Below are positions 42,740 through 56,993 of a DNA stretch of 64,000 nt, piece by piece (within the stretch, counting starts at the first letter, position 1; each line of letters begins with the position of its first letter). A program made the position numbers and the translations under genes. Source of the DNA: Octopus sinensis (taxonomy: Eukaryota); assembly GCF_006345805.1 (NCBI RefSeq), contig NC_042998.1:83886001-83950000 (forward strand). Reading direction: 5' to 3'. The notes under the pieces are model-generated. The model worked only from the letters and a program-made list of their open reading frames with translations, had not been told where the DNA came from and ran no database searches.

Positions 42740-42965
42740 AAAGGTGTCAGGTAATGCTGAGTAAGTGCTATGGACCGACTATAGTTTAGCTCCAGGTTCG
42801 ATAATGATACGAATGAGGAGTTCAACGTAGGTCGTCTATTAGCATCTACATATATAAAAATTTACAGATAAAAAAATCCAAGGCGGTTAATATTTTTCAG
42901 AACACTTATAAAGAGGTCTTCCAGCTGTTTTCGGGATATTTTATATAACCCTTCATCAAAGACCT
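42740..42965 (-). mobile_element. Penelope-type pLTR relic with a degenerate hammerhead (42916-42963)
   Basis: Homologous to 1921-2030 plus 3330-3418; gtct-TTGATGA-a-ggg...ccc-GAAAAC-agct-GGA-agac. Confidence 0.6.
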
Positions 42966-43298
42966 TAGCCACATACATACGCCTTCACATTTCCCATACA
43001 TTGAGTCCAAGAATATTCACTCAACATACACAAACTGTTAATGAATTAAGCTATGGCAGTAGTGTATAGCTTTATTTGCGTATTTAAGCTTTCACCTGCT
43101 TGTCATTGATTAAACAATATATGTTTTATGTACAACCCAATGTGAATGGGAAGCAGCGAAATAAATATAAATATTAAGAAGCCATTGTTGTGACGTAAAT
43201 ATATTGCTTCTACGATTTCGATGAGTGGAAAGATGACGGAGACTCCCGACGGACCGTTTAAAAGTTTGTTGACCGCTCCATACATGTACGTGTGTGTA

Positions 43299-43367
<69 letters not shown>

Positions 43368-43682
43368 GATTGTTACTGCGTTAGAAGTAAGTAATTGAGG
43401 AAAGAATTTCAGGGGAAAGAATCAGATGTGGAAAACGGTAAAGGCAAGGAAGGGAGGAAGTAATGTATGAGAAGGTCAGAAGCCTGGAATGCAACGTGAA
43501 TGAAATAGGAAGAAACAAATAATTGAAGATGAAACGGTAGCATAGTCCATCTTTAAGTAAGGTAAAAAGGAAAGCTGAGGAGTTGAAAGAAATGGGAGAA
43601 AAAGTGGGAAACGGTAAGTTTGGAAGCGAAGATTAAGAGGCAGTGTACATAGAAAAATATTTAGTTATTAAGGGCACTCACT

Positions 43683-43899
43683 ATAATGATTTCAAATTTT
43701 GTCACAAGAGCAGCAACTTTCGGGGAGGGAATGAGTCGATTACATCGAGCCCAGTGTTCAACTGGTACTTATTTTATCGACCCCTAAAAGATGAAAAGTA
43801 AAGTCGACCTCGGCGGAATTTGAGCTCAGAACGTAGCGACGGGCGAAATACCACAAGGCATTTCGTCCAGCGCGCTAACGATTCTGCCAGCTCGTCGTC
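43683..43899 (-). mobile_element. SINE type B monomer
   Basis: 15-bp TSD ttaagggcactcact at 43668 and 43900. Confidence 0.92.
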
Positions 43900-45410
43900 T
43901 TAAGGGCACTCACTTAAGCTTATATGTGCGCCTGTATACCTATACACCTGGTAGATAAAGAATATTCGTAATTTATAGAATTTATTGGAAGGAAAATAAA
44001 CGCTTAAGAGAACGGAATGAAAAGGGAAATAGATTCTGAGGAAGTTCAAGCATACATTCATTCTAGTAGTGCGGAGGTTCACAAACTGAAGATAAGCCAT
44101 AACGTAGGTTAACAACGCTGTCCGAGTCAGTGAAGTTGCTGTGCGAGTTAAGTTTATTGCTTACCTGTTTCGAGGCTCAGGACGTTGTTACAGATATCTA
44201 AGATATGTAAAGACTTTATAGCTACTGAACATTTGCAAACTTTTACAGATATCTCTCAGCATGACTATTAGCCTTGAAAATCGATATATTTTAGACATTT
44301 ACAGCGGCTTCGTCCTTATTATTCGGTTTACAGTTGTGTAGGCTATCATTTATTCTTCAACATTACAATTATCCGAAACAAATATCTAATCTGTGCAATA
44401 ATTGATTTTGTATTTAGAAAGAAAGGATGGAGGAATGTTGTGAATGGGGCTGTCAAATGTAAGAAGACAACTAATACAGAGTTCAACCCACCTATTGGCA
44501 CCTTCAGTAAGAAAGACTTTCTGACAGGCAAAGAGACAAGACTACTGTGCCTGTATTAAGCTTCAAAATATCTGTCAATACAGTATTTCAAAGTCAACAA
44601 AGCCACACTTCTTCAGTCTATAGAAAGCATCCTTTTCTATAGAGCTGAAAGCTGAGCTGTGAAGAACGAGTTTAAAACTTACCCTCAAAGCTAAAGACAT
44701 CAAAACATATGGTGTCAGTACATGACTAAGGAGGAGATTTTTAGACACTTCGTACCTATGTTTGCGTGTGTATACGTGCATGCTTATTTGTGTGTGTGCA
44801 ATTTCTGTATTCTTTGTCTAAAAAAAGACGGGAGAGACTCCCAACGCACCGTTTCAAAGTTTGTTGACCGCTCCATGCAGGTATATGTGTGTGATGCGCG
44901 CGCGCGCGCGCGTGTGTGTGTGTCTACAATTTTCGAGAAGAGTGAACAGTCTGTTTGCTCTTGCTTTTTGTCGGAGAGTGGAGAGGAAGACAAAGGGAGA
45001 GAGAGAGTAGTATTGTTACTGCGTTGGGAATAAGTAATTGATAAGGGAATTTCAGTGAAAGGAATGAGATGTATTGCTCATTCCTTCTATTGTATGATAT
45101 GTAGTGACCGGCAAAGCCTATCCTGTATTGTTTCTCAATACATGATAGACCTTGTCGGCCACTACTATCATGATAAACACTAGGCCATATAAAATGTAAT
45201 ATTTTAGCGACTTCTGGACTCTGATAGAGGACGAAGACTACTCAACTACAGTGACTAGTGTCCATCACAATATGAAATTGAAGACGAAACTGAGGGCAGA
45301 GATCCTTGACGAGTCGTTTTGAAACACCTCGGTTCCAAAGAGCTCTTCCAGCGTAAGATCTTTATGTATATATATATATATATATAAAATGTTATATATA
45401 TATATATAAT

Positions 45411-45712
45411 GTTGTGCCTGGAGGGTCATTTTCTTTTTGTGCCTTGTAACACACTCACCGGTATAATTTCCACTTATTTCTTATTTTTATTTTCCTAAAA
45501 TTTTCGTTACATCTTGCAACCTTTTCAATAGTCTTGACTGTCCGTTATTTACACTGCGTTCCTTTTTGTTTGTTTGTGCGTATGTGTGTGGGTCAGTGTG
45601 TGTGTCTATGCCTATGCATGCATGCATGCATGTACGTATATATGTATACACACATACATACGTACATGCATGCATAGGCATAGGCATACACAGACACACA
45701 CACACAGACGCA

Positions 45713-45753
<41 letters not shown>

Positions 45754-45931
45754 ACTGCCACAAATGCGCACAAACAAACAAAAAGGAACGCAGTGTAAAT
45801 AACGGACAGTCAAGACTATTGAAAAGGTTGCAAGACGCAACGAAAATTTTAGGAAAATAAAAATAAGAAATAAGTGGAACTTTTACCGGTGAGTAAGGCA
45901 CAAAAAGAAAATGACTCTCCCCAGATACAAC
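45411..45931. repeat. ~520-bp foldback element: ~180-bp near-identical arms around a partly self-complementary microsatellite centre
   Basis: 45411-45600 is the reverse complement of 45745-45931, apart from a 7-bp indel and a few substitutions. Confidence 0.93.
45816..45852 (+). ncRNA. Core-variant minimal hammerhead motif (U3:A8)
   Basis: cta-TTGAAAA-g-gttgc[aagac]gcaac-GAAAA-TT-T-tag; mirror copy at 45495-45531 (minus) has stem II gttgc/gtaac. Confidence 0.55.
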
Positions 45932-47067
45932 AGAATATGCTTCAACACACAAACTCATATAAAGAATCTTGCAAACCATATCCAAAAACGAAATATATAT
46001 ATATATAATCTTCTATCAAAATGTATGATAATCTTTCGTAATAATCGTTTGAAATATCTTTCAAAACTAATTAATTTATTTCCAGATGTTTGCAGAACTT
46101 TCGTCTATGTAAATGTTGTGATGAATATATGAGACAAAATCTATGAGACAAAATAAACACGTTATATTAAGCAGCATTTTTCTTTGAATAACAGCCTCGT
46201 AGGCTGAAGTCATAAGTGTGTCTCTCTGTCAATCTCTCTGTGTCTGAGAGTATTCATTATATGAATATATCTATTATGCACTTTTCCATGACCCATAATG
46301 CCGTCTCTACAAAGGAAAAAGGAAATTTAACAGCTGGCATTTCCATCATTAATATTTATGTCGTAAAGATTTTTCCCTTAGCAATCTAATCCAGCTTCAA
46401 GTACGGCTTATGTGTGTATCACGTGATAAACGTCTACGTTTCTGAAGTCAGTCTGCTAATGAGTAGTCTTGCCTTATGTACTATTTCCGAGCATTAGTGG
46501 GCGTAGTGGTAACACAGAACCTGTAGTATTAAAAAGTATTTCACTGTTTTGTGAGAAGCGAATATTTTCGCCTTGATAGTTGTATTCTTGGGGTTATTGG
46601 ATTAGTCACGAATCACTAACGATATGTGATACACATAATGAATAAACATTAAACCAAATTTTGTCCATTTGCCATGAAAGCTTCTTTGTTAGCTTTCTGA
46701 AGGAATTGTATCCACTACAGTGCTCTTTAATCATTTGTCATTCAAAGCTGACTATGAAACTTTAATTGTAGTTTCCTAAAATATCACTTTATAACATTTA
46801 TAATGAGAATGTTTAATACTAATCTCTCTTGTGAAGTAATATCAATTTCTTAGATTAGCGCAACGGCATACATTTACAGAAGTAGGTTTGTCGTCGTTTG
46901 AATTGACCTCATTATATGACTGGTACTTGTTTTATCAAAGCTGAAGCACGGTCTAACTGAGAAACCTAAATATTTTGAGCTTTGACTGATGGTTTGTGTT
47001 TCTTATATTTGGTTCGAATATTCTTTCTGTAAATTACAATGGAAGAGGACGTCTGGCATGCGTACAT

Positions 47068-47104
<37 letters not shown>

Positions 47105-47117
47105 GAGACAGACAGAC

Positions 47118-47193
<76 letters not shown>

Positions 47194-47209
47194 TATACTA
47201 TATTCTTTC

Positions 47210-47565
47210 ATTGTTTTATTTGTTTGAGTCATTTGACTGTGGCCATGCTGGAGCACCGCCCTTAGTCGAACAAATCGACCCCACGACTTATTCTTTGTAA
47301 ACCTAGTACTTATTCTATCGGTCCCTTTCGCCGAACTGCTAAGATACGGGGATGTGAAAACGCCAGCATCGCTTGTCCATATATATATATATATATATAT
47401 ATACGACGAGCTTCTTTCAGTTTCCGTCTACCAAATCCACTCACAAGGCTTTGGTCGGCCCGAGGTTATAGTAGAGACACTTGGCCAAGGTGCCACGCAG
47501 TGGGACTAACCTGGAACCATATGGTTGGTAAGCAAGTTACTTACCACACAGCCACTCTCACGCCT
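47210..47565 (-). mobile_element. Full-length SINE type A
   Basis: Same organisation as 38823-39242, with internal (TA)n. Confidence 0.92.
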
Positions 47566-49457
47566 ATAAAATATATATAAATATTCTGTATACATATATA
47601 TCTATAACACACACAGATACACACATATATATTACATCTACTTATCTGCGCGCACGAGTATGTAGCGTAGTTACATAATGCGAGAGAATCTGAGAGTTTC
47701 TTGGTATGAACTTTCACACTATAGTATGGTAAAAGACAGGTACATCTACAAATCTGAGATGAGGAATGTCAAAAGCAGTAGTTGAGAGATTAAAAACAAA
47801 GTCGACAACGATGAGATAAAAATTCAGGAACTTAAAAAGATTATTTTGGCAGCTTCTTAATAGAGAGGCTCATCACTCTTCAGAGTTCAACGAGTTTTCA
47901 CATACTGACACGAGTTAATTAATTCGGAGTGCACGGTTAAGTCAATTACATTGCACACAGTAATTTTATGTAATCGGCCCTGGAAGGTTGCTGGTCAAAA
48001 ACTAGCATGGTGTAATTTGAGCTCACAGTGTAAATGAGAGTAACTAAAAAGAACAGCAAAACAGTATACGAATTTTCTCTAAATTTCTAAAGGCAGTAAT
48101 GCTGAGGGGAGGAGGACGTCGATTGCATCGAAGCCAGTACTTGACTAACACTTTATTATTGAACTTGAAAGGATGTAAGGCAGTGTTGGCTTCGGCGGGA
48201 TTTGAGCTCAAAAAATTTAATAATAACGATGTCATGTTCAGTTTTGGGCAATCGTTGAAAAGGAACTATAAAATTGATTGATGAGGTTTATTAGTGGGAA
48301 CTAATCAAATAGCTCTTTAATAGTTCGGTAAACTCATTCCTATGATAATCTTGCAGGGCGACTCAGGTCGCTTCGGAGGTGGATGAGTGTATGGTGCTAA
48401 AGACTAGAAATGACTGCGAAATATCGATATCTGTCACTCTCTTTAACTTCAGGGCCGATTTCCTTCCGCCTAGCTTTGAGATGTGCTGTGTTTGGAAATA
48501 CAATATGTCTCTAAAGAGGTTTCCCTTACACGAAGTATCACACCTTCACAGCGTTTAATAACACATATAAATACATTAAATATCTCACACATGTGTATGT
48601 ATGTGTGTGTATGTGTGTGTGAGGGGGAGTACATGTACTACAGCTTGAAGGGTAAATTCGTAGCAAAAGAGTGATAGTGCTTCGTAGCAAAAGAGTGATA
48701 GTTTCACGACAAACCAAAAGTCATTGATAGATCAATTCAAGGCAATAAAGATAGATTTGCGCCTGAAAATACATCAAGTCCTCCAAAAGCAGTGTCCTGT
48801 CCACCTTCCCGTTGGCCCTTATATATACTCTTCTATCTATCATTCCTCCCACCCATCCACCTACTCTGTCTTCCCATCTATTTATCTTTCTGTCTATTTT
48901 TCTGTCTGTCTATTGTTCCTCCCACCCATCCAGCTTATCTATCTTTAGCATTTTCGAGATGTAGTCTAGTAAATGAAATTGTTGTTATAGTTAAACGCTG
49001 ACTCACCCCTGAGTCGACGAACATCTTATTAAAAGCACTCAAGCTGGGATGATTATACCAACAAGCTGACGTTTGTTTAGACACAATATATATAGGACTA
49101 CATTATTTAGTGTTCTTCTCGCCTGAAAGACTTCACGTGTGCACACAAGTGTTTATTAGTGTTTCCATGTAGGTACAGGCTAATCTATTAAGTAAATGAC
49201 CACCATTGCGAATGATCGTAGCCTAGTAATTAGGGTGCTCAACTCATAATCGTAAGGTGCTAGGTTCGATTCCTAAACCAGGATGCGTGTTGTACCTTTA
49301 AGTAAAGCACTTTATTTTATGTTCCTTCAATCTATTCAACTGAAATAGAGTCTACTACTAGGACCCTCTTCTCTCTTTTTCTCCTTCCCCCTCCCTCTCT
49401 CTCCCTTCTTCCAGCTGTCACATCCTCAGTGTTCCGCGGGGTCAAGAGTGTAAGTGT

Positions 49458-49490
<33 letters not shown>

Positions 49491-50175
49491 GGTACCTAAA
49501 ACAACTAGTGAAAGCGTAGTGCCATCTACCGGATTTATACTCACTTGTGAGTGACGGCTAAGCTTTTAAGCTTTTTAAATAACTACCCTTTATAATGTGA
49601 TGATTTCTTTTGAAAAAAATGTCACTACTTCTATTGACGTGTTTTCTGAGATTTTTTCTTTTTTTTTTTTTTTGTTATTGTTATTTTCGCTTCTTTTATT
49701 ATTTTGCTTCTCTTATTTTTCAGAACGTTTACAATGTATTTTCCATTTTTTCTTTCTTTCTTTTTTAAAAAAAAAAAAACTTGAAATCTACTTCAATTTC
49801 GATATCACTGACATTCATCTTCATCTTAACACCGTTGCGCATTTCAAAACAACGTTTAAATAGCATTCTAAATACTCTGTGGCAATTCAGAAAACTCATG
49901 AACATATTCAATTAATTTTCTTGAAAGCAGAGCAGTCAACGCAATTAATTCATTAGAGGAATAAAATAAAATGAAATAAGAAAGCATGACAAATCCATCA
50001 TGATTTAAAACGTTTGAATGAAAATAGGAAAATTAGCTTCAGCGCGGCCAAGAGCTATCAACAACGAAATTCTACGAGAGGTTTAACTCAAGAATAACTT
50101 AAGGATGTTAGATTGAAAAGCTAAACCAGAGAAAATTAATAAATTTTCAATTATGTGTGTGTGTGTGAACATATG

Positions 50176-50244
<69 letters not shown>

Positions 50245-50649
50245 GTGTGTGTACGTATGTATATATATATATATGTGTGTGTGTATGTGTATGTGTGTGT
50301 GTGTATGTGTGTGTGTGTATGTATATATTAGAAGAAATAAGGTACTCAGAAATCTGGATGGTTTTATATTTACAGATATTTATTAATATGTTACATGTTT
50401 TTATAAATCATATATTAGCACTCGCGTCCACTCTAGTGGAGTTACTAAATTCTTGTAAACGCAAGAGAGATGTGGAATAAAAGTGTATTTATACATTTTT
50501 AAGATTACTGAATTGAAATTGCTGTATGCAAAGGTTCAAAACTAGGCTAATCTAAGACAGAAGTTACTACAAGCATTCGATAACATACAAAATTAAAAAC
50601 AATACATATTTTTAACTTTATAGATTTAATTCCATTTTTAAGTAACTGT

Positions 50650-53165
50650 ATAAGAAAAAGGGTGCAGAATGTTAGCAAATTTTTAAACATAACAAAGAAT
50701 TAATATGTTTTGTTAGATAAAATAAATCGAAGCTGAAGTTTCTCCTTTTTAAAAACATCATAAAGATCTTGAAGGCACTTGACTTCTCGTTCGACATTCT
50801 GATTTGTTCTGGGAATTTCCAGTTTTTATGGTTACCGTCTCCAAATGTTTTTTTACAGAGTTCAATGAACTTGCAGGCTACCACATAACTTCTGATAATC
50901 ATGTGCATTAAACATTCGGTCAGTAAACCAAAAATCCGCCCAGCTGTAAGAGATGAATCGACAAACATTGAGAAGCAAGACTCCTTTCTCCGGTAGAAAA
51001 ATAAATTCTAAAAGAGCTAGTATTGCTCGAAAACTCCATCTTACATTACTTAAGTTGGGTATTTTTGGAAACTTTACAGTAGGAAATTTTTCGGTTTCAT
51101 CAAAGAAACGAAAAAATCTGGTCAAATGAAATAGAAACTTCATGTCATCTCACCATCCTGCCGATTCAGTAATCTTTTCTTCGCCATTGTTGAAATTAGC
51201 CTGGAGTTGCTCATAATTAGTTATGAGATCTGGGATGAATGTATATTTAATATTCTTTTCTACTCTAGGCACAAGGCCTGGAATTTGGGGGAGGGAGATT
51301 AGATCGACCCCAGTATGCAGCTGGTACTTAATTTAATTGACCCCGAAAGGATGAAAGGCAAAGTCGACCTCGGCGGAATTTGAACTCAGAACGTAAAGAC
51401 AGACGAAATACCTATTTCTTTACTACCCACAAGGGGCTATACACAGAGGGGACAAACAAGGACAGACAAACGGATTAAGTCGATTACATCGACCCCAGTG
51501 CGCAACTGCTACTTAATTTATTGACCCCGAAAGGATGAAAGGCAAAGTCGACCTCGGCGGAATTTGAATTCAGAACGTAACGACAGACGAAATACGGCTA
51601 CACATTTCGCCCAGCGTGCTAACGTTTCTGCTCGCTCGCCGCCTTGAATGTATATTCAATATTGGGAGTTCGTTATCCGAAGAACTCTATCAAGTGACAA
51701 CCAATAAATTGCGGTTATTTTAAACCCTTTTGAGCAAACAGTCTTTGCAACTGAATGACAATGCCATTTCTTTTCCCAGTATTCAAACTCGTTATATCGT
51801 GACAATCATCTTTACACAGTTCCATAAATTGTATTCATCTAAAACAGCTGCTATTCCTTTCACATCAGTATCGGCTTTTCCCTTTGATAATTGGAGTTCT
51901 TCTAACTTAATCTCTCACTGTTCATTCTTTAAAACTAGCACTTGGTATTCTTGGTCATCAAAACGTTTACCATCAAAATGCAATGACCAATTTTCTAAAT
52001 GTAGTGTTTCCTTAATTTTCTGTTTTAGTTTAACAGCTTCTTTGATAGTCGATCTGTAAATACCAGATTGGGAAAGAATCTTGACATTGATTCCCACTTG
52101 AGATAATTGTGGACAAATTGTTGCTGCGTTTTGGGTTGATAGCTTGGAAGATATTACTAACTTGGTTGCAGTTCCTGTTCTACTGTACTACCTCATTGTG
52201 TGGATTCTTCATCTGAATTTTCGGACTCTTGATATTCACTTTCAGTTTCTGCTTCAGACGTTGACGATGACACTGGAGTTGCTTTGGTTGAAGTTGGCAT
52301 TAAGGACACTTATCTTCTTTTGGGTGGATAGATAGCTTTGGAACTAGCTGCCTTTCCAGTTGCATACCTAACCAGTTCTTTGCTTTCAATTTAAAGATAA
52401 TATAACCTTCTATCCTCACTATACAGCCATTCACCGTTTTCCTTTGTGATGTCAATAATTCCTTTCAATGAATCGTATTTTTCTCGTTTTACACATTTAT
52501 GACAGGTATTCAGCACTGTTTCTACTTTTGCTTCTACATTTTGAATTGATAAATTTGGGAAATTTAATTTCTTTTGCCATAAAAAGTTACTTCTGTCGAA
52601 ATCTCCTCTGTTCTTTCTTTCCTTCCTTTGATGGTACCTCCAAGGAACAGATAGCGATCGACAATTTGAAGTTTCATTGGTATCTTGAAGTTGTCTTCCA
52701 AGGAATGCTCTTCTATAGGAACAGGTTTTCTTTTCCTATGTGAGGCTTGAAATTGCACGTCCAGACTTTTTGTTTTTTGAGTGACACAAGCGCTTCTCTT
52801 ATGAGACATTATTTTAGATATTCTAGTTGGATACGCCTACTATTCTGAAAGACAATTAATATAGTCAGAGATTTTAGCGTCACAGAACTAAAAAGGAGAG
52901 GAAGAGGATATTTCCTAAAGTAGAGCTTATGTTAAAAACTCTATAACTCTTAAACTACTTAAACTAAAAAGCTATAATTTGAGATATACTGCTTCTGCAT
53001 TGCATTACGTCAGCACAACAAGTGGTGTTAGATTTCTTCAGTTGGGGGTGAAGTCTTTTTTTTTTAAAGACTTAAAATAAAGGTTATTTTCCTTATATGA
53101 AATTTTTCATCGACTTTTGATACAGGAAATTGTTTATTTCCCCAAAAAATCAATAAGTCATAGCC

Positions 53166-53170
<5 letters not shown>
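50650..53170 (-). mobile_element. Degenerate DDE transposase relic, hAT (hATm-like) inferred
   Basis: Fragments SLHFDGK, IAAVLDEYNLW, WADFWFTD and IPRTNQNVEREVK lie collinear across many stops; interrupted by a SINE at 51250-51645. Confidence 0.55.
51250..51645 (-). mobile_element. Dimeric SINE type B
   Basis: Same junction gacgaaatacc|tatttctttactaccc; TSD gaatgtatatt(t/c)aatatt. Confidence 0.92.
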
Positions 53171-53212
<42 letters not shown>

Positions 53213-53354
53213 TGTGTGTGTGTGCGTGTATGCATATATGTATGTATGTGAGAAGACGTGTAGTCTAGTGGCTAAGGTGCTGTAATCCCGATCGCTAGAT
53301 CGTGGGTTCTATTCTCAGACCGGCGACGCGCTCTGTTCATGAGCAAAACACTTA

Positions 53355-53640
53355 TGGTCATGCCGAAATAGATAAAAATGAAGATTTTTTTTTAAATGTC
53401 ATATGAGAAGGGGAATGTTTTTATGTATATTCCAAATTTGTGAAATCGATGTCGCTGGCGTTGAATTTTGGCAATATTTGTAGGCTGGATGCTTGTTGTT
53501 GTGATGCTGGTGGTAGATCAGGTTAACCTTAATCGAGCTGGAAGACATCGATTTCACAAATTTGGAATATACAAAAAACATTCCTCTTCTCATATGACAT
53601 TCTTTTTTAAATCTTCATTTTCATCTATTTCGGCGATGAT
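53355..53640. mobile_element. MITE with ~90-bp terminal inverted repeats, probably TA-flanked
   Basis: gccgaaatagat...gaaatcgatgtc versus gacatcgatttc...atctatttcggc. Confidence 0.85.
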
Positions 53641-54391
53641 TATTCCAGTTATTCGATCAACTGAGCTAGCTTCTCATTGAATTATATTGCATGTAGTTGA
53701 GTATTTCACAAGTACTAGTAGCTTTATCGTAATTCACAAGCGAAACCAGCAAGACGCAATGTGTATACTACACAGGGTTGACAGTAAGAGTGAAAGCCGT
53801 CGGTCGGATTTGCACCAGTGCTTCAAAGTTTGGCTCTTTGAATTGCAGGTACAATCCACTGATAGGATTCATGTGTTTTCATCTACACTGAAGCTATAGT
53901 AGAAATTATTTGGCCAAGAAAGAAGCCAAACATTGGAAACGAACCTATGACCTTGTGATTGCAGAGTGAATGTCTTAAGTCACCAGCCATGCCCACAAAA
54001 ACAAACAATGCAACTGAATTAGTTTAAACTGTACAACGAATGAATATGTTGCAGTTGTAGGTATTTAATTGTTATCATTGAGATAGTGGATACATTCTTT
54101 ATGTGTTTTCACTTATGCAAATATACTGTTTAAATGTATGTGCTATGTAATATTTGCTAAATCTTTTCTAATTGGATTTTATAACATAATTATATTTATG
54201 CCAAGTTATTGAGTCTCTTGTTTATCATTATCATGTCGATGCTTATCACTCTCTCACTATATATATAAGGGGTGAAGAGAGAGGGAAGAATGACAGGCTT
54301 TTACAGCTACGACAAATTTAGCAAAGCGTTAATGGCCATATCTAAAGAGTTTAATTTTAAAATTAACGTCAACATAGATATCGTCAAAAAT

Positions 54392-54620
54392 AGTGGCGAG
54401 CTGGCAGAAACCTTAGCGCGCCGGGCGAAATGCTTAGCGGTATTGCGTCTGCCGTTACGTTCTGAATTCAAATTCCGCCGAGGTCGACTTTGCCTTTCAT
54501 CCTTTCGGGGTCGATTAAATAAGTACCAGTTACGCACTGGGGTCGATGTAATCGACTTAGTCCCTTTGTCTGTCCTTGTTCTTCCCCTCTATGTTTAGCT
54601 CCTTGTGGGCAATAAAGAAT
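54392..54620 (+). mobile_element. SINE type B monomer
   Basis: 17-bp TSD tagatatcgtcaaaaat at 54375-54391 and 54621-54637. Confidence 0.93.
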
Positions 54621-54819
54621 TAGATATCGTCAAAAATTTCTCGAAGTGGATTGACTTGACTACAAGCAGATACTAACTAACTCTACAGGAATTTCAATGA
54701 AGATATAAAATACATAAACAAAAATTCTAACCATCTTCCCATAAATATACAAAGCTTGATAACAAATGTACATATTCAGTTGAGAAGCAATGATACACAT
54801 AGTAGTAATTACCCCTCGC

Positions 54820-55218
54820 TGTGTAAGTCGAAACTCGTGGCCCTCCGTCGGTTACGATGACGAGGCTTCCAGTTGATCTGATCTACAGAACAGCCTGCTC
54901 GTGAAATTAACGTGCAAGTGGCTGAGCACTCCCCAGATACTGGTACCATTAACGTAGTTCACGGGGGAGATTCGGCGTGACACAGAGTGTGACAAGGCTG
55001 GCCCTTTGAAATACAGGTACAACAGAAACAGGAAGATAGAGTGAGAGGAAGTTGTGGTTAAAGAGTACAGCAGGGTTCACCACTTGCCCCTGTCGGAGCC
55101 TCGTGGAGCTTTAGGTGTTTTCACTCAATAAACACTCACAACGCTCAGTCTGGGAACTGAAACTGCCATCCTACGACCGCGAGTTCGCTGCCCTAACCAC
55201 TGGGCCATTGAGCCTCCA
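54820..55218 (-). mobile_element. tRNA-derived SINE: type D head and body plus the tail shared with 12200-12390
   Basis: Cross-matches within this window. Confidence 0.75.
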
Positions 55219-55231
55219 CAAGTCAAAATTA

Positions 55232-56516
55232 TCAGGTCATCCCTTAAGTTCTGTCCGAATTTTGAATAAAGAGAACAAGTAATCAAATGTTATATTTCAA
55301 TGAAATTTAATCATCAATGTACTTTTCCTGATTATCTATGATTTCCTTCCATCTATTTACAAGATTTCTAATCCCATCAATGTAAAATTCTTCTGGTTTC
55401 AAAGCGAAGAACTCTGAAATGTCAGTTTCGATCTTCTCCTGGCTTGCGAAAGTTATGTCCCCCAAATGATTGTGTAAACTACGAAACAAATGGTAGTCTG
55501 AAGGAGCAAGGTCGGGAGAATAAGGTGGATGAGGAATTTTTTCCCAACCAAGCTCTTCGATCTTTTGTGATGTGATCTTTGCAGTGTGGGGTCGCGCATT
55601 CTCCTGATGAAACATCACTCCTTTTCGATTCACTAAAGCGGGTCTTTTTTTTCTTCAAAGCTTGGTTGCACGCTCTAATTGCTGACAGTAGACTTGAGCA
55701 TTGATTGTTGCATTAGGTGGTAACAATTCAAAGTGAATTACTTCTTTGCAATCCCACCAGACAGAGAGAAGAACCTTTTTACCATGACGTTCCCTTCTTG
55801 GTTGTGGTTGAGCTTTTTCATTTTTACCAAGCCACTGTTTTCGACGTTTAACATTTCGATAGAAGATCCTTTTTTTTCGTTACCAGTTACACGTCTATCC
55901 AAAAAGGGTGAAATGAGTTCGCGAGAACTGAGAGAGGAGCAGATGTCAACTCGGGATTTGTGGTTGCTTTCGGACAATACGTGAGGCACCCATTTTCCAA
56001 GTTTAGGAAACTTTCCAAGTTGTTGAAGATGACGATGAACAGTTGTATGGTTTGAACTAAGCTTTATTGCCAATTCTTCAAATGATAATGCAGGATTTTC
56101 AAGTAATGCCTCAAGGAGCTTATCAAACTCAACTAGATATGCTGTTCGATCTTCATCTTCAAGGCTGAAATCTCCTCTTCTGAATTTTGCAAACCATCTT
56201 CTACGACTTCTTTCATTCAAGCATTCTTTCCCATACACTGAGTGCACGTTTCAAGTCGCTTCAGCTGCAGAGTTTCCTTTTTTGTACTCATAAAGCATTA
56301 TGTGCCTCATATGCTCTTTGGATACTTCCAAGTTAGAAAGAGTTTTGATCAAAGAAATTTTAATTCTATTATTCTGTAAAATAATATTTAATTAGCTTAA
56401 ATGTACACAAATGCATAAAAATAATTTTTAATACCATTAGACATTCTAAAATGCTATTAAATTTCGTTCAATTTTAAAAAAGGGTAAAATCGGACATAAC
56501 TTATGGGAGGACCTGA
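55232..56516 (-). mobile_element. Full-length (1285 bp) mariner with a disrupted transposase
   Basis: TIRs tcaggtcatcccttaagtt / aacttatgggaggacctga with TA on both sides; GKWVPHVL, FHQENARPH, HPPYSPDLAPSDYHLF; frameshifts. Confidence 0.96.
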
Positions 56517-56834
56517 TAATACAGAAACATTTCCCTCAGCCCATCAACAGATCGAAGTTCTATTTTGTTGTACACTCCAGTTCTGCCTTGGCAACTGAAA
56601 AACAGAATAATTCATCTATTTTTTATCGCTTGAAGGATAAAACATACCAAGAAAATTTGAATAACGACGGAGTGAATCTTTGCCTTCAAGAATGTGAATA
56701 GGAAGAAAACGAAATCCGTCTCATATATATATATATATATATATCAACAATTGAGGGTAAAATTAATTAATTAATCAATTTCACCAAGTGTTCAGTATGT
56801 AAAAGGACCATTTAAGGCGAATTCAAAATATTAC

Positions 56835-56993
56835 ATTATATAATTAGGGCTTAGTAAAATAAATTACTTTGCCACATACTGAACTGAGAGAAATTTTCTT
56901 TAAGTAGTAGAAATGCTAAGAAAAATTTTTTTTGGCTGCTATTTCTACTAAGTTCAGTATGTGGCAAAGTAATTTATTTTACTAAGCCCTAAT

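Noticed and set aside
46150-46310. Strong minus-strand acceptor tttcctttttcctttgtag
   Set aside because: All three frames hit stops before a credible donor.
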